Below, one piece after another: positions 28,019 to 35,005 of a stretch of DNA of 64,000 nucleotides. Position numbers and translations under genes: made by a program. The stretch is from Acidimicrobiales bacterium (GTDB lineage Bacteria; Actinomycetota; Acidimicrobiia; Acidimicrobiales; JBBRAZ01). A model generated the notes under the pieces. That model was given only the letters and a program-made list of their open reading frames with translations, ran no database searches and had not been told where the DNA came from. Each line of letters starts with the position of its first letter. Position 1 is the stretch's first letter. The stretch lies in assembly GCA_038206295.1 (NCBI GenBank), contig JBBRAZ010000002.1:39267-103266 (forward strand), written 5' to 3'.

Positions 28019-28582
28019 GTGCGCTACACGGTCGTGCTCGACACGTGCGTCCTCTATCCGGCGCACCTCCGCGACACGCTCCTCCGGCTGGCTGAGCGAG
28101 GCTTGTATCGAGCGCTGTGGTCGCCGGACATCCTCGTGGAGCTTCGCCGCAACCTCATCGACGTGGGCATCACCCCCGTCGACGTTGATCGCCTGATCGC
28201 GGAGATGGGCTCGGCATTCCCCCATGCGTCGGTCTCCGGGTACCGATCGCTGATCGATGGCCTCACGTGCGATCCGAAGGATCGCCATGTCCTTGCCGCA
28301 GCGGTTCGCGCCGATGCCTCGGCGATCATCACCATGAACACCTCGGACTTCCCACCCGCGAGCGTCGACCCGTTCGACATCGAGGTGACCGATCCCGACC
28401 ACTTCCTGCTCGACCAGCTCGACCTGGCGCCCGAATCGGTCGTCGATGAGCTGGCCCGCCAGGCGGCAGCGAACAAGCGCGAGCCGAAGAGCGTCGCAAC
28501 CTTGCTTGATGCGCTGGCACGAGCGGGGGCGCCGGCCTTTGCTGACGAGGTCCGACGCGGGCTCCAGCGCTCGACGCGCTGA
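28019..28582 (+). CDS. PIN-domain ribonuclease, putative toxin
   Basis: The N-terminal acidic motif is VVLDTCVLY. DRHVLAAAV and a distal D are also present. It starts 7 nt after the HTH gene. Confidence 0.8.
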   Translation: MRYTVVLDTCVLYPAHLRDTLLRLAERGLYRALWSPDILVELRRNLIDVGITPVDVDRLIAEMGSAFPHASVSGYRSLIDGLTCDPKDRHVLAAAVRADASAIITMNTSDFPPASVDPFDIEVTDPDHFLLDQLDLAPESVVDELARQAAANKREPKSVATLLDALARAGAPAFADEVRRGLQRSTR

Positions 28583-28652
28583 GGCAGGCGGCCCCCCAGC
28601 GCCTCCGTCACGGCGTGGCCGTACTGTCCTGTGGGTCGACGGGAGGGGGCGC

Positions 28653-30458
28653 GTGTACCGCACGGGTGGCGAGGGTGGCGATGACGGGGTGCTGGTGGCG
28701 AGCCCGTCGGATCTCGTGTCGTTCCTCTCGTGCGTCCACAAGACGTCCCTGGACCTGCGCGTGGCCGCCGGCGAGCTCGACGCGCCGGTCGAGGACGATC
28801 CCGACACCGCGGTGCTGCAGCGACGTGGGCTCGAGCACGAGGCCGCGTACCTCACCTCCCTCGTCGAGCGCGGCGCGGAGGTGGTCGAGGTCCCCGACGA
28901 CCCGCTCGTCGGCTCCGACGCCGACCCAGGCGACGGCGGCCGATCCCTCGACCGCCTGCGGGCGCGGGTCGAGCTGACGAACGCGGCCATCGCGTCGGGC
29001 GCAGACGTGGTGTTCCAGGCCACGTTCCTCGACGACTCCGATCCTGCGGTGTGGTGGCGTGGCCACGCCGACTTCCTCACCCGCACCACCGACGCCCACC
29101 CCGACACCGGCCGACCCGCCTACGAGCCGGAGGACACGAAGCTGGCCAAGCACGTGAAGCCCGGCGCGGTGGTGCAGCTGAGCACCTACGGCGAGCTGCT
29201 CGGCGCGGTGCAGGGCGTCGAGCCCGAGCACCTGCACGTCGTGCTCGGCGGCCGTGACGTCGAGACCGTCGCCAGCCGTGACGTCGGCAGCTACGTGCGC
29301 CTCGCCCGGGAGCGCTTCGAGGCCACGGTCGCCGATCCGTCCGCCACCTGCCCGGAGCCGGTCGCGCACTGCGGCAGCTGCCGGTGGCGCACGGTGTGCG
29401 ACGACCAGCGCCGAGCCGACGACCACCTCAGCTTGGTGGCGGGCCTCGGCCGCGAGCAGCAGCGCAAGCTCGTCGCTGCGGGCATCACCACGATGGCGCA
29501 GCTCGCCGAGGTGGCCGAGCGGGAGCGTGCCTCGTGGCCGAACGTTCCACGTCTCAGCGACACCACCTACGAGAGGCTCGTCGCGCAGGCCCGCCTGCAG
29601 GTGGTGCGCGGCGGTGCGCTCGACGAGCCCCCGCCCACCGAGATCCTGGAGCCCTCGGGCCCCGACCGCGGCCTCGAGGCGCTGCCGCCCCCGTCGCCGC
29701 ACGACCTCTACTTCGACATGGAGGGCGATCCGTTCGTCGGCGACGGCGGCCTGGAGTACCTGTTCGGCATCGGCTGGTTCGAAGGCGATGAGTGGACGTT
29801 CCGGGGGTTCTGGGGCCACACCCCCGCCGAGGAGAAGGCGGCGCTCGAAGGCCTCGTCGACCTCGTCGTCGAGCGCCGGGCGCAGCACCCGGACCTGCAC
29901 GTCTACCACTACGCCCCCTACGAGCCAGCGGCGCTCGGGCGCCTCATGGGCCGCTACGGCACCCGCGAGGACGAGATCGACGACCTGCTGCGCGACAAGG
30001 TGCTCGTCGACCTCTACCGGGTCGTGCGCCAGGGGGTGCGCGTCGGCGCCGAGTCGTACTCGATCAAGAAGCTCGAGCCGCTCTACATGGACGCCCGCGA
30101 CGGCGACATCACCGACGCCGCCACGAGCATCGTGGAGTACGAGCGGTGGCTGGAGGAGGGCGACCAGGCGATCCTCGACGCCATCGAGCGCTACAACGAG
30201 GACGACTGCCTCTCCACCGCGCTGCTGCACCGCTGGCTCGAGGAGCAGCGCACCCGAGCGGAGACCGAGCTCGGCGTGGCACTCGAGCGCCCGGCGCCAG
30301 CGGTGCGACTCGGCGCGGCGAGCGACGACGCGTCCGGCGACGCCGCACCCTCCTGGCTCAAATGGGAGTCACATCCTCGAGTTGCAGGAAGGCGTTGCCT
30401 CGCCAACGCGTCGGCCGCCCCGCGCAGCGACGTTGGCACCCAATCAAACGCTCGATGA
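28653..30458 (+). CDS. RecB-like (TM0106-type, Cas4-like) nuclease fused to an RNase-H-like exonuclease domain; possibly 3'-truncated
   Basis: The GTG at 28653 is preceded by GGGAGGGGG. The N-terminus is SPSDLVSFLSCVHKTSLD. The motifs YEPEDTKLAK and HCGSCRW are present, followed by YFDMEGDPF...VYHYAPYE. Confidence 0.7.
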   Translation: MYRTGGEGGDDGVLVASPSDLVSFLSCVHKTSLDLRVAAGELDAPVEDDPDTAVLQRRGLEHEAAYLTSLVERGAEVVEVPDDPLVGSDADPGDGGRSLDRLRARVELTNAAIASGADVVFQATFLDDSDPAVWWRGHADFLTRTTDAHPDTGRPAYEPEDTKLAKHVKPGAVVQLSTYGELLGAVQGVEPEHLHVVLGGRDVETVASRDVGSYVRLARERFEATVADPSATCPEPVAHCGSCRWRTVCDDQRRADDHLSLVAGLGREQQRKLVAAGITTMAQLAEVAERERASWPNVPRLSDTTYERLVAQARLQVVRGGALDEPPPTEILEPSGPDRGLEALPPPSPHDLYFDMEGDPFVGDGGLEYLFGIGWFEGDEWTFRGFWGHTPAEEKAALEGLVDLVVERRAQHPDLHVYHYAPYEPAALGRLMGRYGTREDEIDDLLRDKVLVDLYRVVRQGVRVGAESYSIKKLEPLYMDARDGDITDAATSIVEYERWLEEGDQAILDAIERYNEDDCLSTALLHRWLEEQRTRAETELGVALERPAPAVRLGAASDDASGDAAPSWLKWESHPRVAGRRCLANASAAPRSDVGTQSNAR

Positions 30459-30506
30459 GAAGTCGTTCTAGAGTCCTGACGAGGAAAGTGAACCCACGAG
30501 GGCAGG

Positions 30507-31328
30507 TTGATGACGCTTCACGTCGAGTCTAGAGAGCGCCCTCGCACGTGGGGTCGTGCCGATGGCCGGCCCAGTGCCATGGCCTTGCTTGACTACGCCA
30601 ACTTGGTGTCAGAGGAGTCCGAGCGGGACTCGCCGCTCATGAGCCACCTCATGATAGGGCTGGTACGGGCGATATCAGGGTTGGCCCCACAGATCGAACA
30701 CCTCGAGATTCGCGCCTACGGCGGATGGCTAAACGAAGGAATAATTACGTCGAGTGCCTCGAAGGCAATGCGGGCGCTTGAAGGCGCTAATCCATTCCCA
30801 GTTACCCATCCTGCAAGACGTCACGCATTGCTACACGGTGAAATACGCATCGTGAATACGCTGCTTAGCCTACCGCATGTGGAGTTTGGCGAGACATATC
30901 GAATGCGCAAGCGCCCTCCAAGGATCAGGCTAGCCAAGTCGCCAGTACCCGATCGATGCCTTGCAGATGCCACGTCATGCCCAGCTGCCGTTCTTAAGCG
31001 CTTCACTAAGTCCGCCAGTAAGACATGCCCGACACCCGACTGTTCCGTTACGTGCGGCGAAGCCTTCATGACCTTCGAACAGAAGATGGTCGATACCATG
31101 ATTGCCTGCGACCTCATCGAGGCTAGCCAATCGGCAGACCTAGCCCTCGTTGCTGTCCTGACGTGCGACACTGACTTCCTACCCCCACTGATCTACGCTT
31201 CGTCGACGGCTTCAGCTCAAGTTGCGGTAGTCACTCCCGATCGTTGTTGGCGTTCCGCCCACATCGAGATGCTTCAGCGAGCTGGAGTCAGACTTCTACC
31301 AGAAGAAGGTTCAAATGGCGACGCTTGA
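30507..31328 (+). CDS. NYN/LabA-like (PIN-fold) putative nuclease with Cys-cluster insertion
   Basis: The NYN-like acidic motifs are ALLDYANL, VDTMIACDLIE and VLTCDTDFLPPLI. The inserted Cys cluster is C-x6-C...C-x4-C-x3-C. Candidate starts are TTG 30507 and ATG 30510, after GAGGGCAGG. Confidence 0.6.
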   Translation: MMTLHVESRERPRTWGRADGRPSAMALLDYANLVSEESERDSPLMSHLMIGLVRAISGLAPQIEHLEIRAYGGWLNEGIITSSASKAMRALEGANPFPVTHPARRHALLHGEIRIVNTLLSLPHVEFGETYRMRKRPPRIRLAKSPVPDRCLADATSCPAAVLKRFTKSASKTCPTPDCSVTCGEAFMTFEQKMVDTMIACDLIEASQSADLALVAVLTCDTDFLPPLIYASSTASAQVAVVTPDRCWRSAHIEMLQRAGVRLLPEEGSNGDA

Positions 31329-33621
31329 TGACGTAAAGGCTGACCTCGCAGCATTTGCCGACGACGACGAAGACCTAATCATTGATACAAGTGGGCAAAT
31401 ACTATTTGTGCGCGGCGGCAGAGAGGTTTCATGTTTTTATGAGGAAGAGCCGGATGGACGACGAACCATTACCGTTGACAATCAGAGGATGTCGTACCGG
31501 GATTTTGTGGTCCGCTACCTTGCCCAACTTGATGTATTTGCGGAACGGCTAATCGCCAAGCGGTCGAGCCTCGGGCCGTTCGTTGATGGGCCGGCGGTTC
31601 TTGACTCACTCGTATCCGAGACGAGCCAAGGTTCTGCTGTCACACTTCTTGATGCTGAGTGCGCAAGGTCTTCGGGCTTCTCAGCCCGGGTCTGCTTCAT
31701 TACTGCAGATGCTGGACACGGTAAGACTGCCCTACTCAGACACTATCAGGACCAGTGTGCGCGTCGCTTCTTGACTGGGGAATCGCCGTTCCTCTTCTGG
31801 CATTTAGACCTGCAAGGCCGACAACTCCTACGGCTCTCAGAGGCACTGATGGGCGACCTCGGCGACTTGCGTGTTCAAGGGCTATGGATGCCCGCGGTGA
31901 TCCGCCTTCTCCAACACCGAGCGCTTGTACTGGCGATCGACGGATTCGACGAGCTCGCCGCTGAACAGGGCGGAACGGATGCGCTCGGTGCGCTGGCTAT
32001 GCTTGTCCAGCAGATGGATGGTAGCGGTACTATTGTTGCCGCCTCCCGTCGGACGTTCTTTGACACGGAGGACTATTTGAAGCGGTCAGCACTATTCCGC
32101 CGATCGCTGGTTGCCGCCTGCGAGTTCAATCAGATTGCCTTGGAGTCATGGGGATCGACTGAGGCGATCCAGTATCTGACCGAGTGCGTGGATGATGGCA
32201 ACAGATTTGACGATCCTGCTGCGATGTATCGAGAGATTGTTGATGCGCTGGGCGGTGACGTTGAACACCCAATGGTCACCAGACCGTTTCTCCTGACGCA
32301 CATTGCTCGAGGCCTGCTCCGTTATCAGGTGCCGGCGCGGGATTTCGTTAGGCCCATCGCAGATCCAATGGGCGGAGTCGCGGAAGTCGTGGGTGCATTC
32401 GTTGAGCGCGAAGTTGCCACGAAGTGGCGCTATAAGGACACTGGCGAGCCGTATCTCACTCGGGAGCAGCACATGCGGCTGCTGTCGGACGTTGCTGAGG
32501 AAATGTACCGAGCCCAGAAGGATCGGCTAGATCTGGAGATCGTCGAGACGCTAGCGATTATTCTCTTGGAGGAGTGGAGCGTAGAACCGAGCCGACGTCA
32601 GCAGATAATCGAAATGGTAAGGATGCACGTTCTATTGACCATTCCTTCGGATGGGGACGGGCGGAGCCGTAGCTTTGACCACCCCGAGTTTCGTGACTAC
32701 TTCATCGCTGTAGCACTTAAGGGACATCTCGATCGTGTCATAGATGGCGCGCCCTTTGGCGATCTTTCGAGGTACCTAAGTACAGCACATTTAAGCGACT
32801 CCACCGCTCGCTATGTGCGGCGGATGATTGACCTTGACGGGGCTCGTGCACAGCATCTCATTGGATCGCTAGCAAATGCAGTCGAATCCGAAGTCCGACC
32901 GACCTTCCTTCATGGAAATGTAGGAACATTGGTGGCGGCGATCCTTGACGGGCTTGAAAGCGAGGAGACGCTCCTGTTTGATGCCCCGGCGATCTTTACT
33001 GGCGTTGTTCTCGAGCGAACCCGACTAGCTAATGTCAATCTGTCGAGGTGTGTATTGGTTAACCCGAGCTTTCTAGGCGCCCGCTGGTTGGATGTGCGAT
33101 TCATCGACTGCGCGCTCGGTGATGTGACGCTTGACACGTCGTCCGAGTTTCGTGGGGTGTCGTTCGACTCCTGTGCGGTGGATGGCGTTCGGGTGGTACA
33201 GGGGGGGCAGGAGGTCGACCGCGAGTATGCGCCTTCCAGAATCCGTATGTTGCTGGAGAAGCATGGGATTTCGTGGTCGGACAGCGTAGACGCGTCGGAC
33301 GAGACTCCAGGCGTTCGTGATCCACATCCAGATAGCGATCTTTCGAAGCTCGCGCACCGGTTGTTGCGGCTCTTCAATCGGACAACAGTGGTCACCGATG
33401 AGATTATTCGAATCAGATTTCGGCATGACCACCAGAGGGTCTTGGATGAGCTTGTTCCGCTCCTTGTCGATTGTGGTGTGATCAAGGCTGGTACCTGGCG
33501 GGGACGAGGCTCACAAAGGATCTGGTCGCTGCAGTATCCGATCGATGTTGTGCTGGCAGCTGAGGATGATTCGGACATCGGCGATCTCGGAAGGTTCTGG
33601 CAACTTGCCGCAAGCGGCTAG
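31315..33621 (+). CDS. NACHT-type STAND NTPase with pentapeptide-repeat-like C-terminal region
   Basis: Walker A is ADAGHGKT. Walker B is LVLAIDGFDEL. AASRRTFF and FDHPEFRDYF are present. The C-terminal segment is RLANVNLSRCVLVNPSFLGARWLDVRFIDCALGDVTLD. It overlaps the upstream gene by 14 nt. Confidence 0.8.
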   Translation: MATLDDVKADLAAFADDDEDLIIDTSGQILFVRGGREVSCFYEEEPDGRRTITVDNQRMSYRDFVVRYLAQLDVFAERLIAKRSSLGPFVDGPAVLDSLVSETSQGSAVTLLDAECARSSGFSARVCFITADAGHGKTALLRHYQDQCARRFLTGESPFLFWHLDLQGRQLLRLSEALMGDLGDLRVQGLWMPAVIRLLQHRALVLAIDGFDELAAEQGGTDALGALAMLVQQMDGSGTIVAASRRTFFDTEDYLKRSALFRRSLVAACEFNQIALESWGSTEAIQYLTECVDDGNRFDDPAAMYREIVDALGGDVEHPMVTRPFLLTHIARGLLRYQVPARDFVRPIADPMGGVAEVVGAFVEREVATKWRYKDTGEPYLTREQHMRLLSDVAEEMYRAQKDRLDLEIVETLAIILLEEWSVEPSRRQQIIEMVRMHVLLTIPSDGDGRSRSFDHPEFRDYFIAVALKGHLDRVIDGAPFGDLSRYLSTAHLSDSTARYVRRMIDLDGARAQHLIGSLANAVESEVRPTFLHGNVGTLVAAILDGLESEETLLFDAPAIFTGVVLERTRLANVNLSRCVLVNPSFLGARWLDVRFIDCALGDVTLDTSSEFRGVSFDSCAVDGVRVVQGGQEVDREYAPSRIRMLLEKHGISWSDSVDASDETPGVRDPHPDSDLSKLAHRLLRLFNRTTVVTDEIIRIRFRHDHQRVLDELVPLLVDCGVIKAGTWRGRGSQRIWSLQYPIDVVLAAEDDSDIGDLGRFWQLAASG

Positions 33622-33718
33622 GGATGGTTTGGCCGAAGTACTTGATTGGCGTCCATGCCAGATCATGTGAAGGTGAAGGGGTGAACCATTTCGTGTGATG
33701 GGATGGCGCGCTTCAGCG

Positions 33719-35005
33719 TTAGGCGTCGTCCGGGTGGCGGAGTGTGGTTGAGGGTCTTGTCCACGGTGTGTCTGATTGGTCGTGGACTGGCTCAACGGTG
33801 GTCGTCGAGTGGGCGGCGACCTTCTGCGCGATGGTGTCGAGCCGAGCCTCCATTCCCGCCGGCCGTTCGGTGAGGTCAAGGCGCCATGATTGGATGTGGA
33901 TGCCCTGGTGCCTGATCGTGACAGGTGGGTTATCAATGCTCTCAACGCTTGGGTGTCCGACGTAAATGAGTGCTGCGTTGGAGATGTTGTGCGCAATTGC
34001 GTATGCGAGTACCTGGACGTTGTGTTGTATGGAGCCAACGCCCTCGCCTAGGAGGACGTACTTCACATCTGCGACGAAGGCCACGTTCGTTCCGTAGGTG
34101 ACCGTGAGGTCCGGCTTGAGCATTAGTCGATGCTCGATGTCAAGGTATGTATGGGTATCGCCAGGACCCTCCACCGCAAGTTCCGGGTTGATCCGCCGAA
34201 GGCGATCCCTGAGCCCTTCCTCGACGAACACCTCGAAGAGGAAGTTCATGTCGACGAGGAACGAGTAGCCGCGGACACCTCCAGATGCCTCGTCGAAGGC
34301 GAGGTGGCGGAGCAGAATTGAGGCGAGGTGAATCGCGCGGCCGTAGTGCTGGTTCAGCCTCGTTGGCTCCCAGCGTTTGAGCGCGTCGAGGTTGGGCGCG
34401 ACGAGGCTGACGTCTTCGAGAAGCGCTAGATGTCTCAGCAGCCTGATTCGGGCCCGATCCGGAACGCCTGCGACTGCGAGGACGTGAACCACCGCCGCCT
34501 TGAGTGCCTGGTTCAGCATCTCGTCAGGCGTGAAGTCGTCGTAGCGAACCGCGATTGGCACAGGGATCGCTGGCCGCCGAAGTTGGGCAGCGAGATCGAT
34601 GCGGCCCCGCAAGGACACGAGGCGTTCCTCGCGCTGGACGTAGTCATGGAAGAGCCCGCCGCCGAGTGCTTCATCTAGCGATTCGACGAACATCAGTACG
34701 GCGCCTGCGAATAGGTCGTCAGAGACAGCGCTGGTTGCCTCGTCGCGGTACCACCACTCACGCGATTTGGTGACGCCGAGCATGTAGAAGACAGTCGACA
34801 AGTCCGCCTTCGGCCGAATTGACAGCTCGATGTCGCCGAACCGGATGGTGCCGACACGTGCCTGCGCCCTCACGCGCCAGCGGCCCGGCCGTTCGCCTGG
34901 CTCGATCTGGACTGGGCGCTGCGGGTGAGCGAGCAGGCTTGCCAGCTCGTTTGGCGCAAGCGCGAGCTCCTCAACCTCCCACTCGTTGATGGTGATTCGC
35001 CTCAC
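33719..35005 (-). CDS. mcrC: McrC-like restriction endonuclease subunit
   Basis: 428 aa. It has a PD-(D/E)xK-like motif (KPDLTV...FVADVKY). It overlaps the McrB-like gene by 4 nt. Confidence 0.8.
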   Translation of the reverse strand: MRRITINEWEVEELALAPNELASLLAHPQRPVQIEPGERPGRWRVRAQARVGTIRFGDIELSIRPKADLSTVFYMLGVTKSREWWYRDEATSAVSDDLFAGAVLMFVESLDEALGGGLFHDYVQREERLVSLRGRIDLAAQLRRPAIPVPIAVRYDDFTPDEMLNQALKAAVVHVLAVAGVPDRARIRLLRHLALLEDVSLVAPNLDALKRWEPTRLNQHYGRAIHLASILLRHLAFDEASGGVRGYSFLVDMNFLFEVFVEEGLRDRLRRINPELAVEGPGDTHTYLDIEHRLMLKPDLTVTYGTNVAFVADVKYVLLGEGVGSIQHNVQVLAYAIAHNISNAALIYVGHPSVESIDNPPVTIRHQGIHIQSWRLDLTERPAGMEARLDTIAQKVAAHSTTTVEPVHDQSDTPWTRPSTTLRHPDDA

